A DNA stretch of 64,000 nt from positions 576,001-640,000 of the forward strand of contig CBDAOY010000007.1 of the NCBI GenBank assembly GCA_965198225.1, written 5' to 3'. The notes under the pieces are model-generated. The model was not told the DNA's origin. It saw only the letters and a list, made by a program, of their open reading frames with translations, and searched no databases. The translations under genes were made by a program, and so were the position numbers. The stretch's first letter is position 1; every line of letters begins with the position of its first letter. Positions 18,885 to 28,839 of the stretch are shown here, piece after piece. Source of the DNA: Terriglobia bacterium (GTDB lineage Bacteria > Acidobacteriota > Terriglobia > 20CM-2-55-15).

Positions 18885-19406
18885 CTATGACTCGGGACGG
18901 AAAACAAATGAATCTAATACGCGGGGCAGGGCGAGTTCAATCGCCTTTTCGACGGCGTCTTCGGCGGAGACGGCACGGTAGAGTGCCGAGGATGACCTTT
19001 CACCGCCGTCGATGGAAAACTCCCAGGTCCTCAGCCCGACGACCGGCGTGCCGACCTTTAGAGCCAGAGCGATCTCGGAAAGCGTGCCGGCTCCGCCCGT
19101 GATCGCGATCAAGCAGTTGGAAGTCAGAGCGTTGATCGCGTTGCGGGCGTTACCCATCCCGGTGACGATCGGTACTTCCACATAGGGGTTGGCACTCTTC
19201 TCGTCTTCAGTTGGCAATATGCCGACGACGAGACCTCCCGCGGCGGCGGCTCCCATCGAAGCCGCTTCCATGACGCCGCCACGCCCGCCACAGATGAGGA
19301 TGGCGCCCTTCTCAGCAATCCGACGCCCGACCTCTTCAGCCAGGCTTGCGGTCTCGGCGTCGCAGCTTCCGGCTCCCATGACTCCGATGCGTAGTTTGCG
19401 TTTCAT
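18885..19406 (-). CDS. TIGR00725/LOG-like Rossmann-fold protein
   Basis: CGGRGGVMEAA, TGMGNARN, GGAGTLSEIALA. Confidence 0.85.
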   Translation of the reverse strand: MKRKLRIGVMGAGSCDAETASLAEEVGRRIAEKGAILICGGRGGVMEAASMGAAAAGGLVVGILPTEDEKSANPYVEVPIVTGMGNARNAINALTSNCLIAITGGAGTLSEIALALKVGTPVVGLRTWEFSIDGGERSSSALYRAVSAEDAVEKAIELALPRVLDSFVFRPES

Positions 19407-19490
19407 GTTGGAAGAAGTCACGGTGGCTAGTGATAGCTCTTCAGGATCTAACCCTTTCCGACTTTTCTGCTTAGCCAACACCCGGGAAGT

Positions 19491-19556
19491 GTAGGTGCGC
19501 TCTGTGAGCGCACATTGTTTCGGTTCGCCGAATGTGCGGTCATAGACCGCACCTAC
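19491..19556. repeat. GTAG-type REP doublet (family 1)
   Basis: GTAGGTGCGCTCTGTGAGCGCAC ... GTGCGGTCATAGACCGCACCTAC in inverted orientation. Confidence 0.9.
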
Positions 19557-19584
19557 AACTGAATTAGCGCGGCCTGGGGCCGCG

Positions 19585-20418
19585 CTAATTCATCATCGCC
19601 CGTATCCGATGCAGGTCTTTCAGGTACTTCTCGATGTCCTCCCGGTCATCCGCCTCAGGGCGATCCTTGAGGTACCGCTTCAGATCCCGCGCCGCTCCGT
19701 CGAAATTCCGGACCTGGAGGCGGAGCAAGCCGCGATCGCGGTACAGCTCCTCGGCGGCGGGTTCGATCACGGCCAGGAGGTCGACCATCGTCAGGGCCTT
19801 GTCGAACGCCTCAACCTTCAGATAGATCACCTTCAGGTTGTTGAGCATGCGCGCCAGTATCTGTCGGTTTGTGACGCGCCGCAGCCATCGATCGGTGCTC
19901 TGGCCGTCCTCGAGGTTCATCTGACCGATAAAATCGCGGCATTGCTGTCGTGTCAAGACGGACCCCGCATTGAAGGGATCCAGGAAGATCTCTTCGTCTC
20001 CCGAGCGGTATTTCACGACGAAGTGTCCCGGCATTCCGACTCCCTCGACGGGAAACTCCAGCCGGCGAGCGACCTCCAGGTAGATCGCCGAAAGCGTGAT
20101 CGGGATACCGATCCGGCGGTCGATGACGTCGTTCAAAAAGCTGTTTCGGGGATCGTAGTAGTCGGACGTGTTTCCGCGGAAACCGTAGTCGACGAATAGT
20201 ACGTGGTTGATCCTGTCGATGGTTTCCAGGGGTTGAGCGTCGTCGCCGAGGGCAGCCCGCACGCTGTCGGCCATAGTGTCGAGCTGGTCGAGGTAGGGCC
20301 GTAGCGACAGCTGCGGGTATTCCTCACAAGCCATCAACAGCGCGGCTTCGGCCAGCGGGATTCCCAGGTCCGGGAGGGTGATGAGTTGCTCAAACGTTTG
20401 CCGGGATCGTGTGGTCAC
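19585..20418 (-). CDS. SirB1-family transglutaminase-like + TPR protein
   Basis: GFRGN..DYYDPRNSFLNDVIDRRIGIPITL, PGHF, RMLNNLK. Confidence 0.9.
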   Translation of the reverse strand: MTTRSRQTFEQLITLPDLGIPLAEAALLMACEEYPQLSLRPYLDQLDTMADSVRAALGDDAQPLETIDRINHVLFVDYGFRGNTSDYYDPRNSFLNDVIDRRIGIPITLSAIYLEVARRLEFPVEGVGMPGHFVVKYRSGDEEIFLDPFNAGSVLTRQQCRDFIGQMNLEDGQSTDRWLRRVTNRQILARMLNNLKVIYLKVEAFDKALTMVDLLAVIEPAAEELYRDRGLLRLQVRNFDGAARDLKRYLKDRPEADDREDIEKYLKDLHRIRAMMN

Positions 20419-20573
20419 GCCCTATCGCTCCTTCCGCTCGCCGACCTCGACGATCGAGGGCGATGAAATCGAACAAGTCCGGAGGTCGAAGGACATAGGA
20501 ACAAACTTAGCACGTTTTCGACGTAGGGGAACGGACCCGAACAGCGGGACGGAGCGGGTTGTAGCCGCCCGGT

Positions 20574-22871
20574 TCAGTTGTCCAGTATCTCGCGAATTCG
20601 CCTCGCCAGCGTGTCCCTGCTGTAAGGTTTTGCCAGCAGCTCCACTCCGGGTTCCAGGCGTCCATGGTGGACGACAGAGTCCACTGTATATCCGGAGGAA
20701 AACAGAACCCGGATGCCGGGACGCAGTTCGACGACTCGCTCTGCCAGCTCTCTGCCCGTCATCCCTCCCGGCAGCACCACGTCGGTCAGTAGCAGATCAA
20801 TGTCGGGTAGTCCGTCCAGTATCTTCATCGCCGAGGGTCCGTCCCGGCAGGCAGTGACGTCGTAGCCGAGCGATCCCAGCGCGAGATTGATGAATGCCCG
20901 GACATCGGGATCGTCCTCCACCACGAGGATCCGTTCTTTCCCTGACGCTACCGGTCCCGACGGGGCCGGAGCGGGATCTCTCGGCACCTCGCGGGATTGG
21001 GAACGTGGCAGGTAGAGCTTTACCGTCGTTCCGTTGTTCGGCTCCGAGTAGATGGCGACGTGTCCGCCCGACTGTTTGACGAAGCCGTACACCATGCTCA
21101 ACCCGAGACCGCTTCCCTTGCCGATTTCCTTCGTCGAGAAAAAGGGCTGAAAGGCTCTTTCGGCGACCTCGGGGTTCATTCCACATCCGGTGTCGCTGAC
21201 AGCAACCATCACGTAGGGCCCGGGGCGCACCTCCGGTTGCGCTTTGGCGTACTCCTTGTCGAGGCGGGAGTTTGACGTTTCGATCGTCAGCTTGCCGCCT
21301 CCGGGCATCGCGTCCCTGGCGTTGAGTGCGAGGTTGAGTATCGAGCTCTCGAGTTGTCCGTCGTCAATCAGCGCTTTCCAGAGCCCGCCCCCACAGACGT
21401 TCTCAATCCCGATGTCCTCGCCCAGTGTCCGTCGCAGAAACTCCGTCATGGCGGATACCAGCAGGTTCACGTCGGTGGGTCTCGGATTGAGTGTCTGCTT
21501 GCGCGAAAACGCCAGTAGCTGCTTTGTCAGGCTCGCCGCCCGGTTGGACGATTTCAGCGCGAGTTCCACGAATCGCTGGGCTTCGGGCTGGCCCGCGGTC
21601 GAATCCTCGAGGAACTCCAGATTCCCGATTGTGCTTGTCAGAATGTTGTTGAAGTCGTGTGCAACGCCGCCGGTGAGCTGACCGACCGCTTCCATCTTCT
21701 GGGCCTGCTTCAGTTGTTGTTCCTGTTGCTTGCGTTCCGCGATGTCACGGACCGAGCCGACCAGAACGTGTCGGTCCGCGATCAGAACGTCGGAGACGGC
21801 TACTTCGATGGGGAAGAGCGTCCCGTCCCTCCGGCGTCCCTGCATCTCTTTCGGTCCCTGGCCGACCAGTTGGGAGCCGAGGTAGTCGTTATGCTGCGTC
21901 TCGTCTGGCGTCGGCATCAGCGAGGTCACAGGCTGCCCCCGAACCTCCTCGGCCGAGTATCCGAAAATCAACTCGGCGGCCTGATTGAATGACTCGATGT
22001 GACCGGCTTCGTCGGCCGTGATGATCCCGTCGGCGGCGCGGTCCATGACGGCCCTCAGGCGGGCTTCGCTCTGCCGGATTTCCTCTTCCGCCTGGACGCG
22101 CGAGGTGATGTCCTGCACGGTCCCACTCATCCGGACCGCTTGCCCGCCCTCGAACGTCACTTCGGCTTCCTGATGCACGGTGCGGATCCCGACGTGGGGC
22201 ACGAGGATGAGGTGGTCGATGCTGAATGGTTTCTGCTCATGCACGGCCTCGTCGACCGTATGCCGGACCAACTCCCTTTCGTCGGGGTGAACCGAGTCGA
22301 GGAAAGATTCAAAGGAGAGATCGAATTCATCCGGCTTCAGACCGAAGATTCGGTACATCTCGTCCGACAGCTGCAGGGAGTCGTGGACGATGTTCCAGTT
22401 CCAACTCCCCATATGTGCGATACGTTGTGCGTTGGCGAGACTGGCCTCCCGGTCCTTCAACGTGTAGGTCAACTCGCCCAGCGCGTCATCGGTTTCGAGC
22501 ACTTTTTCCCCGGCAGCGGTCAACGCATCCGTCAAGTCGAATATGCGCCGGCCGACCGAGATGATGCCGAACGCAATCGAACCCACCGCTACAAGCGAAA
22601 GAAGCCATCTCTCGTTCAAGTGCAGGCCTTCCATCAGCGCCATGGACCGCCCTGCTCCGACGATGGAGGGGAACAGGTACATCGTCAGGAGATCGACGAA
22701 ATAGAAGAGGGCAAACAGGAGAAGTCCGAATGAAATCGCTACCAGGCCTTTCGCGCTCCCACGCAGGGAGGGATGCCGGCGGTTACGGAAAACCCAGTAG
22801 ATCGCCCCGCCGGAGACCCAGATGATCAGCAGGTCGAAGACGGTCATCAGGAGCGTGGATTCCCAGATCAT
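20574..22871 (-). CDS. Membrane hybrid sensor histidine kinase (PAS-PAS-HK-REC)
   Basis: N-terminal TM helices, two PAS domains, GGVAHDFNN H-box, GSGLGL G2 box, receiver LLLTDVVLPG. Confidence 0.95.
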   Translation of the reverse strand: MIWESTLLMTVFDLLIIWVSGGAIYWVFRNRRHPSLRGSAKGLVAISFGLLLFALFYFVDLLTMYLFPSIVGAGRSMALMEGLHLNERWLLSLVAVGSIAFGIISVGRRIFDLTDALTAAGEKVLETDDALGELTYTLKDREASLANAQRIAHMGSWNWNIVHDSLQLSDEMYRIFGLKPDEFDLSFESFLDSVHPDERELVRHTVDEAVHEQKPFSIDHLILVPHVGIRTVHQEAEVTFEGGQAVRMSGTVQDITSRVQAEEEIRQSEARLRAVMDRAADGIITADEAGHIESFNQAAELIFGYSAEEVRGQPVTSLMPTPDETQHNDYLGSQLVGQGPKEMQGRRRDGTLFPIEVAVSDVLIADRHVLVGSVRDIAERKQQEQQLKQAQKMEAVGQLTGGVAHDFNNILTSTIGNLEFLEDSTAGQPEAQRFVELALKSSNRAASLTKQLLAFSRKQTLNPRPTDVNLLVSAMTEFLRRTLGEDIGIENVCGGGLWKALIDDGQLESSILNLALNARDAMPGGGKLTIETSNSRLDKEYAKAQPEVRPGPYVMVAVSDTGCGMNPEVAERAFQPFFSTKEIGKGSGLGLSMVYGFVKQSGGHVAIYSEPNNGTTVKLYLPRSQSREVPRDPAPAPSGPVASGKERILVVEDDPDVRAFINLALGSLGYDVTACRDGPSAMKILDGLPDIDLLLTDVVLPGGMTGRELAERVVELRPGIRVLFSSGYTVDSVVHHGRLEPGVELLAKPYSRDTLARRIREILDN

Positions 22872-23145
22872 TCTGCGGCTCGATGAGCTCGACTAACTCG
22901 CTTGTGGATGTTCCGACACAGTGGCTTCTGCTGCGGTTTCGCTTCTCGAGGGGGGTTCTGGCGCTCGATTATATGAGGGTGGCAGTCTTTCTGCAATCCG
23001 TCCGCGGCTTCAGACCCGGGCTGCTGGCATTCAGTGGAGTTGACGATGCAGCCTGTCAACCCAAGGATTATCTCGCTCTGATACCGTTGGACCTGTTCTG
23101 GAGGGAGAGAGCGTGCAATCAACTGATGTATAATTTCCGTTTCGT

Positions 23146-24246
23146 ATGGGAGAGGCGAAGATAGACTCGGAGATTGCAAGAAAGGTCAAGCAGGGAGAAC
23201 GACTTAGCTTCGAGGACGGCGTCGCGCTGTACCGCAGCAGCGACGTACTGGGGTTGGGTCGACTGGCCGAGAGGGTACGGGTGCGTCTCAACGGTCATTC
23301 CGCCTACTACAACGTCAACCGTCACATCAATTACACCAACGTCTGCGTCATCGACTGTCAGCTGTGTCAGGGCGCCTACGCCCGCAAGCCGGGTGAAGAC
23401 GGCGGCTACACGATGGACCTGGAGCAGGTCTTCCGGTTTGCCGCGCAGAAATACAACGATTCGGTGACCGAGTTTCACATCGTCGGCGGACTCAACCCGG
23501 AGTTGGAGTTCCAGTACTACATCGATTTGCTTGCAGGTCTAAGGCAGCGCTTTCCGGGGGTCCACCTGAAAGCTTTCACGATGGTGGAGCTCGATTTCTT
23601 CACGAAGATTACACGCCAGCCCCTGGAGTGGGTAATCGGGAAGCTTCGCGACGCCGGAATGGGAAGCTGTCCCGGCGGCGGCGCGGAGATTTTTGCCGAG
23701 CGCGCGCGACCGATGATTGCCGGACACAAGATATCGGGAGATCGCTGGCTCGAGTGTGCACGAACCGTTCATCGCATGGGCATCCGCTCGAACGCGACCA
23801 TGCTCTACGGGCACATCGAGACGACCGAGGAGCGGGTGGATCATCTGATCCGACTGCGCGAGTTGCAAGACGAAACAGGAGGGTTTAATTGCTTCATCCC
23901 GTTGGCCTTTCATCCCGAGAACACCGTGCTGGAACACCTACCTCCGACGACCGGCACGGACGATATCCGAACCATCGCGGTGTCGCGTCTGATGCTCGAT
24001 AACTTCTCCCATATCAAGGCTTACTGGGTCACGATCACGCCGTCGCTGGCTCAGGTCGCTCTGCGGTTCGGCGCCGACGACCTGGACGGTACGATCATCG
24101 AAGAGAGGATCATCCACGGCGCCGGCAGTCAAACCAGTCCCGGTTTGACCAGAGAGGAGATCGAGCAGCTGATTCGGGACGTCGGATGCGACCCGATCGA
24201 GCGCGACACGCTCTACAATCGGGTCGGCAAGAAGCAGGCGGTGTAG
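23146..24246 (+). CDS. mqnE: Aminofutalosine synthase (radical SAM, CofH/MqnE family)
   Basis: NYTNVCVIDCQLC, PGGGAEIF, NATMLYGHIET, HIKAYW, FGADDLDGT. Confidence 0.85.
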   Translation: MGEAKIDSEIARKVKQGERLSFEDGVALYRSSDVLGLGRLAERVRVRLNGHSAYYNVNRHINYTNVCVIDCQLCQGAYARKPGEDGGYTMDLEQVFRFAAQKYNDSVTEFHIVGGLNPELEFQYYIDLLAGLRQRFPGVHLKAFTMVELDFFTKITRQPLEWVIGKLRDAGMGSCPGGGAEIFAERARPMIAGHKISGDRWLECARTVHRMGIRSNATMLYGHIETTEERVDHLIRLRELQDETGGFNCFIPLAFHPENTVLEHLPPTTGTDDIRTIAVSRLMLDNFSHIKAYWVTITPSLAQVALRFGADDLDGTIIEERIIHGAGSQTSPGLTREEIEQLIRDVGCDPIERDTLYNRVGKKQAV

Positions 24247-24295
24247 ACGACGGGTCCAGCTTACCTGTCCCGCAATCCAGGCACCGGAAGCGCGC

Positions 24296-25009
24296 ATGCT
24301 GAACCCGAAAGTGATGGCCCTGGCGAAAAAAGCGGTTCCTTCGGCCATCTATCGTCGCCTGGATCCGTTCGAGGCTACCATTGCCTCCTTTGTCGAGAGC
24401 GTCGCCACGAACACGCCCGACGACCATCTGGTTCTGGATGCCGGCGCCGGCGAGTCGCGATTCCGGGGACTGTTTGACCACGCCCGCTACCTAACGATCG
24501 ATTTCGGGTTAGGGGATCGAGACTGGGATTACAGCGGCCTCGACATCATCGGGAGGTGCGAGGAGCTGCCGCTCGCTGATGCGAGCTGCGATAGGGTGCT
24601 CTCGGTGGTCGTGTTGGAGCACACACCCGAACCGGCCCGCGTGATCGAGGAATTCCACCGGGTGCTGAAGTCTGGAGGCAGTGTGCACATGGTCGTGCCG
24701 CACATGTGGGAAGAACACCAGCGTCCCTTCGATTACTTTCGATACACCGCGTCGGGGATTCGCTACCTCCTCGAGGAGTCCGGCTTCCGGATTCTGGAGA
24801 TTCGCCCGGTGGGCGGGTTTTTCTGGCAACTCGGCAGACGGCTGATGGGCGTACTGGCTTTTACGCAGAAGGGTTGGAGGTGGATTCTCTTTCCCTTACT
24901 GGCGCCGATCTTCGGGTTGTTCCTGCCGCTCTGCTGTTATTATCTCGATGCGCTCGATCGAGACCGTGCGTACACGTTGGGTTATGTCTGTGAGGGACTG
25001 AGAGAGTGA
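24296..25009 (+). CDS. Class I SAM-dependent methyltransferase
   Basis: VLDAGAG, VLEH, RVLKSGG, PFDYFRYT. Confidence 0.9.
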   Translation: MLNPKVMALAKKAVPSAIYRRLDPFEATIASFVESVATNTPDDHLVLDAGAGESRFRGLFDHARYLTIDFGLGDRDWDYSGLDIIGRCEELPLADASCDRVLSVVVLEHTPEPARVIEEFHRVLKSGGSVHMVVPHMWEEHQRPFDYFRYTASGIRYLLEESGFRILEIRPVGGFFWQLGRRLMGVLAFTQKGWRWILFPLLAPIFGLFLPLCCYYLDALDRDRAYTLGYVCEGLRE

Positions 25010-26040
25010 ATCGCAAGATAGGGAACCGGATGAGGATCGCGGCCAGTTATTTTCGCCGACAGGCGGTGCTGCCCGGCGGGCCCATCGAAGTCACGCTGGA
25101 GAGCACTGCGAAGTGTAACCTCTACTGCCCGATGTGTCCCCGTCACATCTATACCTTCGACGACGAGAGCATGGACCTGGATCTTTTCCGGAAGATTGTT
25201 GCCGACTGCAAGGACTACGTCGAGTTCGCCTGGCCGTACGGTATCGGCGAGCCGATGATTCATCCGGACATTTTCGAGATGATCCGGATCACGCGTGAAG
25301 CGGGCATTCGAACCGGGATGTCCACCAACGCTACCCTTCTGGACGACAAACGTGCCGACATGCTGCTCGATTCCGGATTGGACTACCTGATTCTGGCCTT
25401 CGACGGCGCCACGAAGGAGAGCTACGAGAGGTACCGCGTCGGGGCCGAGTTCGAGCGGACCCGGCAGAACATTTTCAATCTCCTGAAGAAAAAGCTCGAC
25501 CGCGGATCATCGATGTTCACCGTCGTCCAAATGGTCCTCCTGAAAGATAACCAGCACGAGGTCGACGCATACCGAAAGCTTTGGGATATCGAAGGCGTGG
25601 ACGAAGTACGTTTCAAGCGCGACGAAGTCCACATCGACGGGTCTCGCATCCCCGATTCGCAGCTGGAGGGCCAGCGGCGGAACCCCTGTCATCTCCTGTG
25701 GCGCGGACCACTCTACGTGCGCTACGACGGAAAAGCATTTCCGTGTTGCTACATGTACGACGAGGAACCGATAGGTGACTTGCGGGAGCAGTCCGTGATG
25801 GAGGTCTGGAACTCTCCGGCCATGGTCGCGTTGCGTGAGGCACACCTGGCCGGTGACGTCAGCGACTACCCTCTATGCCAGAACTGCCAGGCGGTACGCC
25901 CCGGCCTGCCCGCATTTTACGGCAGCCTGATGGTCGACGGCCTGACCGTCCGGAAGGCCGTCCCCGTCCTGGAAAAACTCGCGAAGTTTTACAAGATCAA
26001 CGTTTTTGAGAAGAAGCAGCCGGCAGGACTGGCTGACTAA
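25006..26040 (+). CDS. Radical SAM protein with SPASM/Twitch domain
   Basis: CNLYCPMC, GEP, and C-terminal C...PCC...CQNC; GTGA overlap with the methyltransferase. Confidence 0.9.
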   Translation: MNRKIGNRMRIAASYFRRQAVLPGGPIEVTLESTAKCNLYCPMCPRHIYTFDDESMDLDLFRKIVADCKDYVEFAWPYGIGEPMIHPDIFEMIRITREAGIRTGMSTNATLLDDKRADMLLDSGLDYLILAFDGATKESYERYRVGAEFERTRQNIFNLLKKKLDRGSSMFTVVQMVLLKDNQHEVDAYRKLWDIEGVDEVRFKRDEVHIDGSRIPDSQLEGQRRNPCHLLWRGPLYVRYDGKAFPCCYMYDEEPIGDLREQSVMEVWNSPAMVALREAHLAGDVSDYPLCQNCQAVRPGLPAFYGSLMVDGLTVRKAVPVLEKLAKFYKINVFEKKQPAGLAD

Positions 26041-26052
26041 GTGATGGTGACT

Positions 26053-26155
26053 GTAGGTGCGCTCTATGAGCGCACATCCCAAGTAACTGTAGGTGCGGCT
26101 CTATGACCGCACATCTCGAGAACCAGAACAATGTGCGGTCATAGACCGCACCTAC
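26053..26155. repeat. GTAG-type REP triplet (family 1)
   Basis: Units at 26053, 26089 and inverted at 26133-26155, between convergent genes. Confidence 0.9.
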
Positions 26156-26167
26156 ACCGGGACCCAA

Positions 26168-26626
26168 TCACGTCCTGAACCTTATCTCCGCCAACATGAA
26201 CGCCATACCCTCCGGGACCACCGATAGAGAAACGAAGTCCGGTCCGAGGAACTCCCGAAGCGTGTCGACGAGGTCGGCGTCGATACGGTCGATCCGCAGC
26301 GCAGCCCGGTGCATCTTCCCGTCCGACGTCAGCTCGCAGTCCAGCGGGTCCAGTGCCTTCATGAGGCGGTGGAGCCGGCCGGCAAGAGTCTCCAGGTTAA
26401 CTTCGCCATCGACTCGAACAATCGTCTCTTTCGGAAGCCAGCAGAACTTCTCGGAACCGTAGAGAATCCGGTAGTTGCTGCGCTTTATCTCCAGAACCAG
26501 CCCTGCTTCGCGTGGGATTCCGAGTTGGTCGCGGTGATACGGGGATCGACAGTAGACGAAGTCTCCGACATCGATTCGTTTGGATTTCAAGCTTACAGTG
26601 TAAGGAAATTCATGTCCGAGGAGCAA
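26168..26626 (-). CDS. Hypothetical protein
   Basis: Fills the gap between moeB and the REP cluster; plausible composition; no family recognised. Confidence 0.6.
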   Translation of the reverse strand: MLLGHEFPYTVSLKSKRIDVGDFVYCRSPYHRDQLGIPREAGLVLEIKRSNYRILYGSEKFCWLPKETIVRVDGEVNLETLAGRLHRLMKALDPLDCELTSDGKMHRAALRIDRIDADLVDTLREFLGPDFVSLSVVPEGMAFMLAEIRFRT

Positions 26627-26697
26627 TTAACCGTCACCGGCTCTGCCAAGATTGGCCGCCGCGGCAAAGGCGCATCGTACCTTCTCTCGGAGGCTTA

Positions 26698-27861
26698 CTA
26701 TCCCGTTGCGCAGACGAAGTCCGGAATGGCTTCCAGATCGATGCTGGCGTTTTCACCGCACGTCTGACAGTTGGGATCGCGTCGCACATTGAACTGGCGG
26801 AAAGTCGCGCCGAGAGCGTCGTAAACCATCAGACGTCCGGACAGCGGATCTCCGATATCGAGCAGCAGCTTGATGGTTTCCGTTGCCTGTATGATGCCGA
26901 TGATTCCGGGCAGCACGCCGAGAACGCCCGCTTCGTCACAGCTCGGCGCCAACTCCGGCGGCGTCGCTACGGGGTACAGACAGCGGTAGCAGGGTCCTTT
27001 ATAAGGGATGAACGTAGAGGCCTGGCCGTCGAAACGAAAGATGCTGCCGTAGGCTACCGGTTTTCCCAGCATCACCGCCGCGTCGTTGACGAGATAGGCG
27101 GTGGCAAAGTTGTCAGAACCGCTCACAATGACGTCGTATCCAGAGAGGAGGTCGAGCGCGTTCGACGCGTCGAGCCGAAGGTTGTGAGTCAGTACCTTGA
27201 CGTCGGGGTTGACCTCAAACAGAGTCCGGCGGGCGGAGTCGGTCTTGGGTATTCCGACCGATGAGCTCCAATGCAGAATCTGTCGCTGCAGGTTTGATTC
27301 ATCCACGACATCGTTGTCGATCAGGCCGAGTGTCCCGACTCCGGAGGCCGCCAGGTAGACCGCTGCGGGCGAGCCCAGGCCCCCCGCACCGACGAGCAGC
27401 ACCTTGCTCTTGAGAAGCTTCAGCTGACCTTCCTCGCCGACTTCAGGGATTTTGAGATGGCGGCTGTATCGGGCCATCTGATCCTTACGCACAGACTCCG
27501 GGACTTCGAAATCGTAACCGCTGTTCTTCCACGCCCCGTATCCGCCCGCCATCGAGACGACATTTTGATACCCAAGCTCACTCAGACTCTTCGCGGCCAG
27601 GGCAGAGCGGACGCCACCCGCGCAGTACAGAATGATCGGACCCTCCTTGTCGGGGACGATCCGCTCCACTTTGACTTCGAGGAAGCCACGGGGCAGAAAG
27701 AGGGCGCCGCGGAGGTGTCCCTCGTCCCATTCATCCTTCTCGCGGATGTCAATCAGGGTGAAGTCATTGTCGCCGTTCAGCTTATCGTTGACTTCCTGGA
27801 CACTCACCTCGCGGATCTCGGCCTTCACTCCGGCGAGCATTTCTTTGAAGTTCGAACTCAT
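26698..27861 (-). CDS. moeB: Rhodanese + ThiF/MoeB adenylyltransferase (MoeB/MoeZ-type sulfur-carrier activating enzyme)
   Basis: N-terminal rhodanese YCAGGVRS, RYSRH, GAGGLGSP, SNLQRQ, CYRC and CQTC. Confidence 0.9.
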   Translation of the reverse strand: MSSNFKEMLAGVKAEIREVSVQEVNDKLNGDNDFTLIDIREKDEWDEGHLRGALFLPRGFLEVKVERIVPDKEGPIILYCAGGVRSALAAKSLSELGYQNVVSMAGGYGAWKNSGYDFEVPESVRKDQMARYSRHLKIPEVGEEGQLKLLKSKVLLVGAGGLGSPAAVYLAASGVGTLGLIDNDVVDESNLQRQILHWSSSVGIPKTDSARRTLFEVNPDVKVLTHNLRLDASNALDLLSGYDVIVSGSDNFATAYLVNDAAVMLGKPVAYGSIFRFDGQASTFIPYKGPCYRCLYPVATPPELAPSCDEAGVLGVLPGIIGIIQATETIKLLLDIGDPLSGRLMVYDALGATFRQFNVRRDPNCQTCGENASIDLEAIPDFVCATG

Positions 27862-27995
27862 GATTCTCCTCTTCCCGATTGCAGGAAGTTAATCAATCAA
27901 CTTTGTCATGTTGCGATCTTCAAAAGTACAACAAAGTGAGAGTTTTGGGAAGCCCGCAGGCGTTTTCGGTAGTGTCCTAGAGGACACCACCGACG

Positions 27996-28688
27996 TTATG
28001 CCGCCTCCCAGTCATCGCCCCGGGCTCTCAGATCGTCGAGGACCTGCTGCATTCGGTCGTGACATCGGCGGACTTCATCCTCAGTGGCGTCGGCCCGGAT
28101 CCAGATTGGAGCTGCCTGGAACACCCTCGCCCGTGTAAAAGGCAAAGGGATCTGAAAGTGATCCCAGCTGTCGAACTGAATCCGGCGTTTCATCGCGATG
28201 TGGAAGCAGAAGATCGCGGCTCCTGTTTTCCGAGCAAGGATTGCCGGACCCTGTTTGGCGACGTAGCGTGGCCCACGCGGCCCATCGATGGTGAACGCAA
28301 CGTCGTATCCGGCACGTATGCCGCGCGCCATTTCAGCCAACGCCCGCAGTCCCGCCCTCGAACTGGATCCCCTCGCGGCTCCGTAGCCGTGCCTGCGGAT
28401 ACATCGCGCGATGTATTCACCGTCGAAATTGAGACTCGTCATCACGATGATGCCGCGGTTCCTCCAGTACCAGGTGGCGGGGAAGATGCGGCCATGCCAG
28501 AAGGTGAAAATTGCCCGGGATCCCGCGTTGTGGATTCCGTCGAGATGTTCCGATCCAGTGGATTCCCAACGCACGCTGCGCCCGATGATCGCAGTCATCC
28601 AGTATCCGACAGATGCGATGGCTGCGATCTTGACGCGCTGGCTCAGGGAAAAACGGCGTGCGTCGTCGATGGCCTGTTGCGCGTTTAT
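27996..28688 (-). CDS. DUF374 / lysophospholipid acyltransferase-family protein (start uncertain: ATG 28598 or non-canonical at about 28688-28691)
   Basis: FWHGR, DGEYIA, RGSSSR, DGPRGP motifs; frame stays open upstream of 28598. Confidence 0.8.
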   Translation of the reverse strand: MNAQQAIDDARRFSLSQRVKIAAIASVGYWMTAIIGRSVRWESTGSEHLDGIHNAGSRAIFTFWHGRIFPATWYWRNRGIIVMTSLNFDGEYIARCIRRHGYGAARGSSSRAGLRALAEMARGIRAGYDVAFTIDGPRGPRYVAKQGPAILARKTGAAIFCFHIAMKRRIQFDSWDHFQIPLPFTRARVFQAAPIWIRADATEDEVRRCHDRMQQVLDDLRARGDDWEAA

Positions 28689-28828
28689 CAGAGGTAGTCT
28701 TTGGGATTGCGTACGAACTGGTCCTTACATCCGGAGGAGCAGAAGTAATACTCTTGACCCTTGAACTCGGTCTTGTACTCGGCAGTGTCTGGTTCGACCA
28801 ACATCTGGCAGACTGGATCGGTTTCCAT
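28688..28828 (-). CDS. YHS-domain microprotein (46 aa), absent from the ORF track
   Basis: METDPVCQMLVEPDTAEYKTEFKGQEYYFCSSGCKDQFVRNPKDYL; DPVCxM...YYFCSxxC motif; AAGGAG RBS. Confidence 0.9.
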   Translation of the reverse strand: METDPVCQMLVEPDTAEYKTEFKGQEYYFCSSGCKDQFVRNPKDYL

Positions 28829-28839
28829 CCGGTTCTCCT

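Noticed and set aside
25006-26040. Radical SAM/SPASM enzyme as the maturase of the NHLP precursors
   Set aside because: It is 24 kb away, has no visible RRE/PqqD-like domain and is coupled to a methyltransferase; nothing in the sequence links them
26053-26155. REP clusters as a CRISPR array
   Set aside because: Units are inverted, few per locus and irregularly spaced; no cas genes in the window
26698-27861. ThiF/E1-like protein as a RiPP cyclodehydratase partner
   Set aside because: Rhodanese + MoeB architecture is the standard sulfur-carrier activator, and no YcaO is nearby
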